64,000 nt of DNA. Origin: Candidatus Buchananbacteria bacterium. Its GTDB lineage: Bacteria; Patescibacteriota; Patescibacteriia; Buchananbacterales; UBA6539. Both the position numbers and the translations under genes were made by a program. Shown here one piece after another: positions 9,640 to 18,931 of the stretch. The DNA is taken from contig JABWCG010000001.1 of assembly GCA_013359225.1 (NCBI GenBank), positions 70,410 to 134,409 on the forward strand, written 5' to 3'. The notes under the pieces are model-generated. The model had not been told where the DNA came from. It saw nothing but the letters and a program-made list of their open reading frames with translations, and made no database searches. The stretch's first letter is position 1. Every line of letters starts with the position of its first letter.

Positions 9640-10887
9640 ATGGACTTATTTGATCACAAATTAGCTAAAGATCTCAGCCAAAAAGCTCCTTTGGCTGATC
9701 GGCTTAGGCCGCAAACGTTGAGTGATTTTATTGGTCAAAAAGATGTCGTTGGTGAAGGCAAATTATTACGATCAGCCATTGAGTCTGACGAAATTCCTTC
9801 CATGATTTTTTGGGGACCGCCAGGGACTGGTAAAAGTACCCTGGCGCGCATTATCGCTAAGCTGACCAAGTCAGAATTCATGCAATTGTCAGCGGTGAGT
9901 TCCGGTGTTAAAGAATTTCGGGAAATTGTTAAAGTCGCCTCCGACCGGCGTAAGTTTAATGGCAAACGAACCATTTTATTTATTGATGAGATTCACCGTT
10001 GGAATAAAGCCCAGCAGGATGGACTTTTGCCATACGTTGAGCAGGGCCTTATCACCTTAATCGGTGCTACTACTGAAAATCCAAGTTTTGAAGTTGTTTC
10101 AGCTTTACTTTCGCGTTGTCGTGTTTTCGTTTTGAAACAATTAACCGAGCATGATTTGGAAATAATTATTGAACGGGGGATTAAAGAAGGTTTTGGTGAA
10201 TTAAAAATTAAAGCGGATGAAACCATTATTCGTTATTTGGCGAACCTCGCCAGCGGTGACGCCCGGGTGGCATTAAACGCTTTAGAATTTGCCGTGACTT
10301 CAACCAAGCCGGAAAACGGTAAGGTGGTGTTAAGTCGAGAGGTAATCAGAGAGTCTTTGCAGAAGTCCAGTTTTTTATATGATAAAGACGGTGAACAGCA
10401 TTACAATATTATTTCAGCACTTCATAAATCAGTTCGCGGCGGCGACGCGGACGCGGCGTTATATTGGCTGAGTCGGATGCTGGAGTCGGGCGAAGACCCG
10501 CTGTATGTCGCCAGGCGCTTGGTGCGCATGGCGGTTGAGGATATCGGCCTGGCTGATCCGCACGCCTTGGAACAGGCGGTGGCTTGCTATCAGGGCTGTC
10601 ATTTTATTGGTATGCCGGAGTGCGACGTGATTTTGGCGCAGTGTGTGGTATACCTAGCGCGGGCCAAAAAATCAGTGGAGGTATACCAGGCGTATGGCAA
10701 AGTAAAACAAGACGTCAAGGAAACAATGGACCAGCCGGTGCCGCTTCATTTGCGCAACGCGCCGACAAAGTTAATGAAAGACTTAGCGTATGGCAAAGGC
10801 TATAAGTATTCACCCGATTATGATTGGCAGGAATCGCAGGACTATTTACCGGAGAGTTTGAAAGATAAAAAATATTTAGATTCTTAA
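9640..10887 (+). CDS. rarA: Replication-associated recombination protein A (RarA/MgsA AAA+ ATPase).
   Basis: Walker A GPPGTGKSTLA. RarA-typical N-terminus (LADRLRPQTLSDFIGQ) and C-terminal MgsA helical domain. Confidence 0.9.
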   Translation: MDLFDHKLAKDLSQKAPLADRLRPQTLSDFIGQKDVVGEGKLLRSAIESDEIPSMIFWGPPGTGKSTLARIIAKLTKSEFMQLSAVSSGVKEFREIVKVASDRRKFNGKRTILFIDEIHRWNKAQQDGLLPYVEQGLITLIGATTENPSFEVVSALLSRCRVFVLKQLTEHDLEIIIERGIKEGFGELKIKADETIIRYLANLASGDARVALNALEFAVTSTKPENGKVVLSREVIRESLQKSSFLYDKDGEQHYNIISALHKSVRGGDADAALYWLSRMLESGEDPLYVARRLVRMAVEDIGLADPHALEQAVACYQGCHFIGMPECDVILAQCVVYLARAKKSVEVYQAYGKVKQDVKETMDQPVPLHLRNAPTKLMKDLAYGKGYKYSPDYDWQESQDYLPESLKDKKYLDS

Positions 10888-10890
10888 AGT

Positions 10891-11337
10891 ATGGTTCGAG
10901 AAAAAACAATTGGATTTATTATTTTTCGCCGCCAAGGAAAATCGGTTCGCTATTTGCTGCTACATCATGGAGGTGATTATTGGAATTTTCCTAAAGGGCG
11001 TCAAGAAGCCGGAGAGGATGAAGTTACTTCGGCCAGGCGCGAGCTTGAAGAAGAAACTGGTATAACTGCCATTAACATCATTCCAGATTTTCGTGACGAG
11101 TATGATTACGATTTTGATACGGAAATCAGATCGGGGGTTAAAGAACGAATATATAAGAAAGCAATTTTTTTTATGGCCCAAGCCGAAACCGACGAAGTAA
11201 AAATTTCTGATGAGCATATTGATCACGGGTGGTTTGATTATGACACGGCGTTAAAACGGTTGTTTTTCCAAAATGGCCAAAACTTGTTAAAGCGCGCGCA
11301 TAAGTTCCTTTTAAATAAACAGGATTTTGTGTTATAA
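10891..11337 (+). CDS. NUDIX hydrolase.
   Basis: Nudix box GRQEAGEDEVTSARRELEEETGI. Confidence 0.8.
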   Translation: MVREKTIGFIIFRRQGKSVRYLLLHHGGDYWNFPKGRQEAGEDEVTSARRELEEETGITAINIIPDFRDEYDYDFDTEIRSGVKERIYKKAIFFMAQAETDEVKISDEHIDHGWFDYDTALKRLFFQNGQNLLKRAHKFLLNKQDFVL

Positions 11338-11389
11338 TAAATGAGACGACACAGTTAATTTTAAGTTAGGTGTTTCGTTTAACTCATTT

Positions 11390-12433
11390 ATGGACATAAA
11401 GAAATACTTTAATGAGGCGTTGCGGCGCAAAGCGTCCGATCTTCATCTGGTGGCCGGAAATAAGCCAACCCTGCGGATAGACGGCATTCTTGATGTTTTA
11501 GATAAAGAAAACCTTGATCCGGCAGAATTGGAAATTGCCACTTTTTCTTTGATGAAAGAAAGTGAGATTGAGTTTTATAAAAAACACAAAGAACTTGATT
11601 TTGCTTTAGATATCGCCGGCGGACACTTCCGCGTAAACGTTCACCAACAAGAAGGGCAAATCGGTTTGGCCGCCCGCGTGATTCCGGAAAACATCCCAAG
11701 TCCCAAAGACATTTATTTTGATGAAACGATTTATCGCTTCAGTCACCTAAACCAGGGGCTCATTTTAGTTACCGGTCCGTCTGGTTCTGGTAAATCAACT
11801 ACTTTGGCGGTTTTAATCAACCTGATTAATAAAGAGCGCAAAGCCCATATTATCACCATTGAAGACCCGATTGAATTTATTTTCCACGAAGAACAAAGTA
11901 TTATTGAACAGCGCGAGCTGGGGCGCGATACGCATTCTTTCCAGGAAGCATTGAAGCGAGCATTGCGTCAGGATCCAAACGTGATCATGGTAGGTGAAAT
12001 GCGCGACCCGGAAACTATCTCTGCGACGCTCACCGCGGCGGAAACCGGCCACTTGGTATTATCAACTTTGCACACCAATAATGCGGCGGAAACCATTGAA
12101 CGCATTGTTGATACTTTTCCGGCCCATCGCCAGCAGCAGATTTTAATGCAGCTTGCCTCAACATTGCGCGCGGTCATCTGCCAACAGATGATGCCCAAGC
12201 GCGGCGGCGGGGTCGTTGTCGCCCGGGAGATTTTGATTAATACGCCGGCGATTGCCAACCTGATTCGGGAAGATAAAATCGCTCACATTCCGTCGGCAAT
12301 GCAGACCGGCCGTAGCGAAGGCATGGTGACGATGCGTTCATCAATCAAGAAACTTTTTGAGCAGGGGCTCATCGAAGAACAAGTGTACGTTAATCGTACC
12401 GGCAGTTCGGAAACCCTAAGCACCTATTATTAA
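11390..12433 (+). CDS. pilT: Type IV pilus retraction ATPase PilT (PilT/PilU family).
   Basis: Walker A GPSGSGKSTT. 347 aa, PilT-size rather than PilB-size. Conserved His/Asp boxes and PilT-like N-terminus (LHLVAGNKPTLRIDG). Confidence 0.85.
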   Translation: MDIKKYFNEALRRKASDLHLVAGNKPTLRIDGILDVLDKENLDPAELEIATFSLMKESEIEFYKKHKELDFALDIAGGHFRVNVHQQEGQIGLAARVIPENIPSPKDIYFDETIYRFSHLNQGLILVTGPSGSGKSTTLAVLINLINKERKAHIITIEDPIEFIFHEEQSIIEQRELGRDTHSFQEALKRALRQDPNVIMVGEMRDPETISATLTAAETGHLVLSTLHTNNAAETIERIVDTFPAHRQQQILMQLASTLRAVICQQMMPKRGGGVVVAREILINTPAIANLIREDKIAHIPSAMQTGRSEGMVTMRSSIKKLFEQGLIEEQVYVNRTGSSETLSTYY

Positions 12434-12446
12434 GATAAAAACGACT

Positions 12447-12785
12447 ATGACATCTGAGCGTTGGCAAGAAATTATTGGACACGTTAAAGACAATTTTGAA
12501 TTAATCAACCACGTGACTCAGGATTTGGACGAGGATGCTGGACCCGGTACAATAGAAATTTTGGAATTTCGTACCCCCGTGGGACAGATGAAGCTTGAGT
12601 GGACGACACAGCCGTTAATCATCGATAAGCGGACAATCGGCAGCAAGCGTATTGGCGGCGACGTCACGGTGGAATATAAGTATTCTGATACCGAACAGGT
12701 GCACAAGTTCAAGGCTTTTAAATTCGACGAGGCTCAAGAGGCATGGGTGGAATTGGCAATGGATAAAGGTAACATGTTTTTTTAA
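12447..12785 (+). CDS. Hypothetical protein.
   Basis: Clean ORF with ATG start. No recognisable motif. Confidence 0.4.
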   Translation: MTSERWQEIIGHVKDNFELINHVTQDLDEDAGPGTIEILEFRTPVGQMKLEWTTQPLIIDKRTIGSKRIGGDVTVEYKYSDTEQVHKFKAFKFDEAQEAWVELAMDKGNMFF

Positions 12786-12813
12786 AAAAGATAATTAATA
12801 AAATAAAAAATAT

Positions 12814-13158
12814 ATGATACGACGAAAACAAAAAATCGATGAATCCGAGGTATTAAAATTCGGATTTTTGGGCGGTATCGCTCAAGCCACTTATATTTTG
12901 CTTGTCGCACTGTTTATTCAGGTCATTAGCCTTGCTCGACCGGCAGGAAAGGGCGGAGTTGGCGATGTTATTTTGGTTTTGATTATGTTTGTTTTCAGTG
13001 CGGCGGCGTCGGCCATTATCGTTTTTGGCTACCCAGCGTACCTGGCGGTTCAAAAGCGCTTTGCTGAAAGTCTGATGACGGCGGTCACCACCCTGGTTAC
13101 TTTGGCAATCATCGGTATTTTAATGTTTATCTTACTTTCAATTGTTCAATTTCTATAA
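12814..13158 (+). CDS. Small membrane protein (3 TM).
   Basis: Hydrophobic helices. ATG start. Confidence 0.4.
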   Translation: MIRRKQKIDESEVLKFGFLGGIAQATYILLVALFIQVISLARPAGKGGVGDVILVLIMFVFSAAASAIIVFGYPAYLAVQKRFAESLMTAVTTLVTLAIIGILMFILLSIVQFL

Positions 13159-13571
13159 TGAATAAAAGAGTTGTTTTAGTAGCTATCGGAGGGGTATTTT
13201 TATTAGCAGCACTGGCGTTTGGTAGCAAATTTTTTGGTAAAAATGATCAAATCCCGTTATTAGATAATTCAGCGCCGGTAATTGTTGATGCTAATTCAGC
13301 CGATGAAACTTCCGCCAAGCCCGATGACTATCAGGCAAATGTTCAACAGACGCTCAAGCAGTATTGGCAGACAGGGGAGAGTGCCGGCATCAAAGACCGG
13401 TTGTTAGCATTTACAACTCCAAGTGATTTTTTAGATCTTCACTTAGACTTAGTTATTGCGTTTGAACTTATTGAGCAGGGGCAAAGCGGCAATGATCAGG
13501 AAAAGATTGCCGGTGCCAAGGCAAAATTAGAGGCTTTAAAAACACAATATCCGTGGATCGCTAATTATTAA
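13158..13571 (+). CDS. Hypothetical exported protein (N-terminal signal/TM anchor).
   Basis: TAATG overlap with the upstream gene. N-terminal hydrophobic segment. Confidence 0.4.
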   Translation: MNKRVVLVAIGGVFLLAALAFGSKFFGKNDQIPLLDNSAPVIVDANSADETSAKPDDYQANVQQTLKQYWQTGESAGIKDRLLAFTTPSDFLDLHLDLVIAFELIEQGQSGNDQEKIAGAKAKLEALKTQYPWIANY

Positions 13572-13582
13572 ATCATACATTT

Positions 13583-14065
13583 ATGAATAAGCAGCGAGGT
13601 TTAACTTTAATTGAATTAATGGTTGTTATTTTGATTATTGTTTTTATTGCCACTGTCGCGACGATTGCCGTTAAAAATGCTCGGACTAAAACCCGAGACA
13701 CTAAGCGAATTTATGATATTCAGCAGTATGCCAAAGCAATCCGGCTATATGCTCAGGAAAACCAGGGCCAGTACCCGCTTGAAAACGGTTATTTAGGGCG
13801 TAATGATGCTGTTAACACCGACCTGTCAAAATATCTTCCAAATTTGCCGTCTGACCCGTCTGACAAAGGGGGGACTACTGGCAGTGATTATTATTACTAC
13901 TACGTTGCAAATAATATTTGCAATGGCATTACCCACCCAACAGTCCATGTTCAGAATATTGAAACTTCGCAGGCGGATTTCAATAATAACGGCTGCCCTG
14001 AAGGTTTAGGTGGCAGTGAAAACGGTTACGCCAATGCCGCTGATTACCTTATTGTGATAGATTAG
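13583..14065 (+). CDS. Type IV pilin/pseudopilin with a prepilin-type N-terminal cleavage/methylation domain.
   Basis: Class III signal MNKQRG|LTLIELMVVILIIVFIA, with Glu at +5. Confidence 0.8.
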   Translation: MNKQRGLTLIELMVVILIIVFIATVATIAVKNARTKTRDTKRIYDIQQYAKAIRLYAQENQGQYPLENGYLGRNDAVNTDLSKYLPNLPSDPSDKGGTTGSDYYYYYVANNICNGITHPTVHVQNIETSQADFNNNGCPEGLGGSENGYANAADYLIVID

Positions 14066-14069
14066 TTTT

Positions 14070-14939
14070 ATGGATAAAAAAGAAAAAGGATTTGAAGATA
14101 AATTTTTGGGCTTGGATGAAGCGGCGGATGATGACCGTCCGGTAGTAGCTAAATCTTTAAAAGCCAAAAAAACAAAACAGCCGCGCCAGATAAAAAAAGG
14201 CAAGCGGAATAAAAAGAATATTTGGAAGCGTTTAGGTGTTGTGGTTATGATTTTTTTCGTTGGAGTTTTGGTAGTTTTATGTATCGCTGGGATTGTACGA
14301 GTGCCTGTTTTAAGCAACATTTTATATCAAACACCCTCACCGTCACGGGTGGTGTCCGACGTTGTTTTGGGAGAGATAGACCGGACAAAAAATGGGGTTA
14401 ACTTTGATAAGGAATCAAGCGTACTGTCAGTTAAAATCTCTGAAGAGTATCTTTCTTATTTTTTGCAGCAGCTTCAGCTTAAATCAAATGATCCGTCGTT
14501 TGACCAAAATATTCAGGTGGTTGTTGAAAGTGGAGAAATTGAATTTTACGCGACAATGCTGCGGCCGGTAAAAACCGAAATAACGTTGCGAGTTAAACCA
14601 GACATTGGTTCCGGATTGTCTTTGACAAAATTTTTTAAAGTTACTAAGTTTAAGGTTGGCAATCTGCGACTGCCGTCGTTTGTGGCAGAGCTATATTTGA
14701 AAGAATTGATTGAATCTAAATTAAAGACTTTGACTTCAGCTTTTGGCGGCGCCAGTAACTTGATTACCGCCAAGCCGCCTGTTAGCGTCAAAAATCTCGC
14801 ACTTGAGAATGGTTATGCAGAAATTGATATTTATTTTGATATGGCAAAAATTCAGGAAAATATGAAGCAGCTGCCTCAGCTATTGGAAGAGATTCAAAAG
14901 CGATATCCGGCGGCGGCATCTAAAACTATTCAACCATGA
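14070..14939 (+). CDS. Single-pass membrane protein: basic N-terminus, TM segment, extracytoplasmic domain.
   Basis: K/R-rich N-terminal 50 aa, then a TM helix. No known motif. Confidence 0.45.
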   Translation: MDKKEKGFEDKFLGLDEAADDDRPVVAKSLKAKKTKQPRQIKKGKRNKKNIWKRLGVVVMIFFVGVLVVLCIAGIVRVPVLSNILYQTPSPSRVVSDVVLGEIDRTKNGVNFDKESSVLSVKISEEYLSYFLQQLQLKSNDPSFDQNIQVVVESGEIEFYATMLRPVKTEITLRVKPDIGSGLSLTKFFKVTKFKVGNLRLPSFVAELYLKELIESKLKTLTSAFGGASNLITAKPPVSVKNLALENGYAEIDIYFDMAKIQENMKQLPQLLEEIQKRYPAAASKTIQP

Positions 14940-15700
14940 TTATCATTAACCGTTTAATTCCCTGGCTTTCTGCTTTTTTAATTTTGCTTATCTTGGAGCA
15001 GATTTTAGCGACGCCAAAGCAACTGCATTGGTTGATCGGCATGGCTTTAGCGTTGGTGATTTTGGGCGTCTGGCAGCTAATGGACCGGCAGATATTCAAT
15101 AAGCGCTTCGTTGAGTTAGTAACGACGCCAGTGCTGTTTTTGGGAAGTGGTATTTTGTTTTTGAGTTTTTTGCAAGGTAACTTACTGAAACAGGCGGTTA
15201 TCTTAATTCTGGCGTTACTGATTGGTATCTACCTTGAAGTGATATTGTTTCGTTTTCAAATCAGACCCCGGTATCAGCCTCATTCACTAGACAACATATC
15301 GACGCATTTAGGGTTGTTGGCATTATTTTTCTTAAGCAGCGGTTTGTTTAGTCTGATTGTTTTTTTGGGACTACCGTTGTGGTCAGCTGCTTTAATTTTT
15401 GGCGGCGGCTGTTTGTTGCTTACTAGTCAGCTGCTTTGGGTCAGTGAAACAACATTTGTTCGCAGTTGGCAATTTGTTTTTGTGATTTCTTTAGTGGCAA
15501 TGGAAGTATTTTTGGTTGTCGGCTTCATGCCCACTAGTATCAACGTCAATGCGTTAATCGTTTCCTTGGGGTACTATCTTATGGATGGTTTGGCGCGTAA
15601 TTGGCTTTTAGGGATTAAGGAAAAGAAAGTGATTAGACGCTATTTGCTTATTGCGGTATTTTCATTAATAATAATCTTAGCTACTGCTAAGTGGTTTTAA
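14936..15700 (+). CDS. Polytopic membrane protein (6-7 TM).
   Basis: ATGA overlap with the upstream gene. Hydrophobic throughout. Confidence 0.45.
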   Translation: MIIINRLIPWLSAFLILLILEQILATPKQLHWLIGMALALVILGVWQLMDRQIFNKRFVELVTTPVLFLGSGILFLSFLQGNLLKQAVILILALLIGIYLEVILFRFQIRPRYQPHSLDNISTHLGLLALFFLSSGLFSLIVFLGLPLWSAALIFGGGCLLLTSQLLWVSETTFVRSWQFVFVISLVAMEVFLVVGFMPTSINVNALIVSLGYYLMDGLARNWLLGIKEKKVIRRYLLIAVFSLIIILATAKWF

Positions 15701-15701
15701 C

Positions 15702-16868
15702 ATGATTAAAAAGATTTTAGACAAAAAGAATAGTCAGATTTCTCAGGTGGTTATTTTATCCATGATTTTTGGCTTTGGTTCAGGGGTAGTCGGCCAGATT
15801 GTGGCGGATGTTTATATTGATCCGTGGCGGCAGGATTATATCACGCAAGGTATTTATGACAATACGACTGATGTACCCGAGATTCCGCAACTGCGTCGCG
15901 TGGAACGATTCTTGGGTATTGAGCAGGATTTTGAAGTCAATAAATCAATTACAAAAGTTAATTCCGCATTAGTCGGAATTTATAAAAAGAAAGCGGTTTC
16001 TGGACAGGCAGCCCTAAATCAAGTGTATACGGCCGCTGACTTGGTGGCTAATGGCGTGGCATTGACCAGTGATGGTTGGCTTGCAACCCATCAAAAAGCC
16101 TTGGCGGACTTTGATTTAAAGAATTTAGTAGTCATATTCAACCATCAGTTGTTTGAGGTGAAACAAATGGTGCAGGACGAAACCACCGGTGTCGCATTTA
16201 TTAAAATTTCCGCTGACAACTTGGGCATTGTTACTCTCGGAGATTCGCGAGAGTCCACTCTTGGTCAGCTGGGGGTTGTGACTAATGTTTTGGGCGAAGT
16301 GACGGTGGTTAACGTTAAAGACAACGATTATCGTCAGTTAAGCACTCCTCAAGAGTATGTCTTTTCGTCCGAGCGCTATGATTACTCGCTGTTGATTTCC
16401 AAGGGGCTTGATAGCAATTATTTAGGTAGCCCGGTGGTAAATTTGGGCGGAGAAGTAATTGGCATTGTTTATGAAATACGAGACGATGGCCAGGCTTTGG
16501 CAGTGCCAATCAACCAGTTTAAATCAATTATTCTCGATGTGCTGCGCAGTAATACCGTTAACCGGCCGCTCTTGGGCGTGATGTATGTTGATTTAAGCAA
16601 GGTGGTTGGGTTGAATGTTGCCAATGGCAAAGATTTGAGTCGCGGAGCTTTGATTTACCAATCGCCGAACCGCAATACGCCGGCATTTTCAGCCGGATTT
16701 AAGGAAGGCGATATTATTTTGAGTATTGATGGTCAGTTGGTTGACGAGAACAGTAATTTGACGGAATTGATTCAGCAATATCAAGTTGGTGATGAAGTCA
16801 GCATTGAATATCTAAGAAGTGGCGTTACAGCCACAGTTGATGTAGTCTTATCAGCGGCAGTGCAGTAG
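15702..16868 (+). CDS. Trypsin-like (HtrA/DegP-family) protein with C-terminal PDZ domain. The Ser-protease motif is degenerate.
   Basis: HtrA-like core …YLGSPVVNLGGEVIGIV… where the canonical GNSGGPLVN is shortened to GSPVVN. PDZ-like C-terminus (GALIYQSP…GDIILSIDGQLV). N-terminal TM anchor. Confidence 0.6.
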   Translation: MIKKILDKKNSQISQVVILSMIFGFGSGVVGQIVADVYIDPWRQDYITQGIYDNTTDVPEIPQLRRVERFLGIEQDFEVNKSITKVNSALVGIYKKKAVSGQAALNQVYTAADLVANGVALTSDGWLATHQKALADFDLKNLVVIFNHQLFEVKQMVQDETTGVAFIKISADNLGIVTLGDSRESTLGQLGVVTNVLGEVTVVNVKDNDYRQLSTPQEYVFSSERYDYSLLISKGLDSNYLGSPVVNLGGEVIGIVYEIRDDGQALAVPINQFKSIILDVLRSNTVNRPLLGVMYVDLSKVVGLNVANGKDLSRGALIYQSPNRNTPAFSAGFKEGDIILSIDGQLVDENSNLTELIQQYQVGDEVSIEYLRSGVTATVDVVLSAAVQ

Positions 16869-16889
16869 TTAAAATTATTATATAAAAAT

Positions 16890-16924
16890 AACGCAGTCAG
16901 TTTCGGTTTGAAACAGGCTGCGTT
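16890..16924. terminator. Bidirectional rho-independent terminator between the convergent HtrA-like and purA-like genes.
   Basis: Stem aacgcag…ctgcgtt with inner gtttc/gaaac pairing. T-rich on both flanks. Confidence 0.55.
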
Positions 16925-16945
16925 TTGATTTTGGATTAGCCCTCC

Positions 16946-18250
16946 TTAGAGGGTGATAATTTGGCTTCGTTCGGGTCCGGTGCCAACCATGGTTAGCGGT
17001 ATCTGGTACGGCCGACTGATTGCCTCCAGATATCGTTGAGCGTTTTCGGGCAAGTCTGCCCAAGTGGTGACGCCGGTGATATCTTGAGTCCAGCCGGCAA
17101 ATTCGGTAAGTACCGGGGTGATGTGGTCCAGGTCTTCCACGACTGTCGGGAAAAAATCAACCACTTGGCCGCCGGCTCGATATTCGGTGCAAACCATCAG
17201 CGGGTGGATGTTGGTCAAGACATCTACCTTATTGATGACCAGTTTTGTGCCGCGGCCAACCGTAGCGCAGAATTCGCCGATCATGTTGTCACACCAGCCA
17301 ATGTCGCGCGGCCGCTTGGTAGTGACACCGTATTCGTGGCCGCGTTCGCGAATCAGCGTTGCAAGCCTTTCGGGCATTGGCGCCGTGAGTCCGTGTGGTC
17401 CAACACGAGTGATGTATGCCTTGATGACGACGTAATCTTCGGTAATCCAGCTTGGGTCAACACCGACTCCGGATTGAATTGATCCCGGCCAAGTGTTGGA
17501 AGCCGTGCCGTAGGGATAGATCCCTAAGTCGTGGTCCAGCATACCAGCCTGCGCACCTTCGCCGAGGATGACGCCCTCTTGATTGAGAATACTGTTCAGG
17601 TAGGGGATTTCGTTTCCGGCATACGCCAGAATCTGTTCGCGGCATGCTTCCACTTCTGCTACGACTTGATCGATGCTGATTGGTTCTTGTCCAAAGCAAC
17701 CGGTCAGAATCGCGTTGGTATAGTCAAGCGCCGGAGTGACTTGCCTGACGAATTGGTCCATGTTGCGCAGATGGCCGAGGCGAACGCCTTGATACATCCG
17801 GGCAAATCCGTAGGTCTGGCTAATCGCCTTTTTGGTGGTGCCTTTTTTCCCGGCTCCAGCTTCGCGCGCAGCTTCCAATGCCATATGAAACGACAAAGTG
17901 AGTTGTGCGCCTTCAGAGATCAGGAGATTGTCCGGGCTAACTGGAATGCCTTTGGCGCGTAAGCGCTCAATTTCTGCAAGTACGCGTTGCGGATTAATCA
18001 CCATGCCGCGGCCCATAACGCTCATTACGGGCCGTTCCAGACAGCGAATAACACCTGCCGGAATAGCATGAAGATCAATTTCGGTGTTACCAAAAACAAC
18101 ACTGTGGCCGGCATTATCGCCGCCCTGCCAACGAAACACCGCCTGGACCCTTGGGTCGGCGGTTAAGTGGTCAACAACGCGGGCCTTGCCGTTGTCGCCA
18201 AAAATCGGATCGCGCACGATCCAAACGCCACCGTAACCTGGTTTACCCAC
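16946..18250 (-). CDS. purA: Adenylosuccinate synthetase family protein (PurA-like). Divergent at several substrate-binding motifs and encoded in a high-GC islet.
   Basis: PurA-length (434 aa). Motifs FGDNGKAR (cf. QWGDEGKGK), WQGGDNAGHS (cf. GGHNAGHT), GEGAQAG (cf. FEGAQG), GTTKKAISQ (cf. GTTGRGIGP), VTTKRPRDIGW (cf. TTGRRRRTGW). GTG start with AAGGAG RBS. GC about 58%. Confidence 0.75.
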   Translation of the reverse strand: MGKPGYGGVWIVRDPIFGDNGKARVVDHLTADPRVQAVFRWQGGDNAGHSVVFGNTEIDLHAIPAGVIRCLERPVMSVMGRGMVINPQRVLAEIERLRAKGIPVSPDNLLISEGAQLTLSFHMALEAAREAGAGKKGTTKKAISQTYGFARMYQGVRLGHLRNMDQFVRQVTPALDYTNAILTGCFGQEPISIDQVVAEVEACREQILAYAGNEIPYLNSILNQEGVILGEGAQAGMLDHDLGIYPYGTASNTWPGSIQSGVGVDPSWITEDYVVIKAYITRVGPHGLTAPMPERLATLIRERGHEYGVTTKRPRDIGWCDNMIGEFCATVGRGTKLVINKVDVLTNIHPLMVCTEYRAGGQVVDFFPTVVEDLDHITPVLTEFAGWTQDITGVTTWADLPENAQRYLEAISRPYQIPLTMVGTGPERSQIITL

Positions 18251-18357
18251 ATTTTTTCTCCTTGTGAGGTTAGACCAAAATTAAAGCCAAAATAAAAAGG
18301 ACGTTTACCTCCACTGTTGATTTTGGCAGAAAGTGGCTGAGCGGTCAATTTACGAAC

Positions 18358-18657
18358 TTATTCAGGCTTGATAACCCTGGGTTCTTTTTTATCGATAAGA
18401 TCAGGGTGAGGGGAGTAGAGCTTATTTTTGATTTTCCACTTATCCACATACTGACCTATTCCTTTATTAGCTAGTTTATTTTTTGTTGTAGTTCTTCCCT
18501 GTGACCATTCTAATAGACTGTTGAAGTTAATTTTATATCGTCCCTGAACAACAATGTATTTTAAATCTTGGTGCTGGATTGCGCGTCTGATGGTCTTTTG
18601 ATCAACGCCAAAAAGACGGGACGCTTCAGAAACGGTTACTCGGATTACATTTGTCAT
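18358..18657 (-). CDS. Small helix-turn-helix DNA-binding protein (excisionase/HTH_17-like).
   Basis: N-terminal …VSEASRLFGVDQKTIRRAIQ… matches excisionase-family HTH. 99 aa. Lies upstream of, and co-oriented with, the purA-like gene. Confidence 0.55.
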   Translation of the reverse strand: MTNVIRVTVSEASRLFGVDQKTIRRAIQHQDLKYIVVQGRYKINFNSLLEWSQGRTTTKNKLANKGIGQYVDKWKIKNKLYSPHPDLIDKKEPRVIKPE

Positions 18658-18749
18658 AAAATATAATTTTTGTCCAGACTAGTCTGGACAATTTTAGATA
18701 TTTTCAATGAAGTAGCTTTAAATATATTCTACAATTTATGGTTTTTTAC

Positions 18750-18778
18750 TGCAACATATTTCTTTTTTAAACGTCTTA
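18750..18778 (+). promoter_or_regulatory. ECF-sigma-type promoter motif, distal copy.
   Basis: TGCAAC-N16-CGTCTTA. Identical architecture to the proximal copy. Confidence 0.45.
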
Positions 18779-18898
18779 TTTAGTAACACTTAGTACTCTT
18801 TTATTATTCTTTAATTTTTTAAAAATTAGCTTAAAAAGGGCTAATTTTGACTTTTTTAAAGAAAATCGTTATAGTATAGTCTGTTGCGGTTACCTAAC

Positions 18899-18927
18899 TG
18901 TAACGTTTTTTAAGCTCCTACGTCTTA
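18899..18927 (+). promoter_or_regulatory. ECF-sigma-type promoter motif, proximal copy, immediately upstream of the sigma-factor ATG.
   Basis: TGTAAC-N16-CGTCTTA. Resembles sigW/sigX-type AAC-N16/17-CGTC promoters. The predicted TSS is about 5-8 nt downstream, at or next to the ATG at 18932. Confidence 0.5.
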
Positions 18928-18931
18928 ATTA

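Noticed and set aside
11338-11389. Inverted repeat taaatgag…ctcattta upstream of pilT as a regulatory hairpin.
   Set aside because: Only 8 bp, with a loop of about 37 nt in AT-rich DNA. Too weak to call.
17036-17962. Several plus-strand ORFs (17036-17482, 17118-17435, 17531-17962) opposite the purA-like gene.
   Set aside because: They are antisense to a well-supported PurA-family reading frame in high-GC DNA and have no motifs. Judged artefacts.
16946-18250. The PurA-like gene as a phage-type PurZ (2-aminoadenine pathway).
   Set aside because: Its length (434 aa) matches bacterial PurA rather than the shorter archaeal-type PurZ. No datZ/mazZ/dpoZ-like genes are adjacent. Kept only as a testable alternative in the finding.
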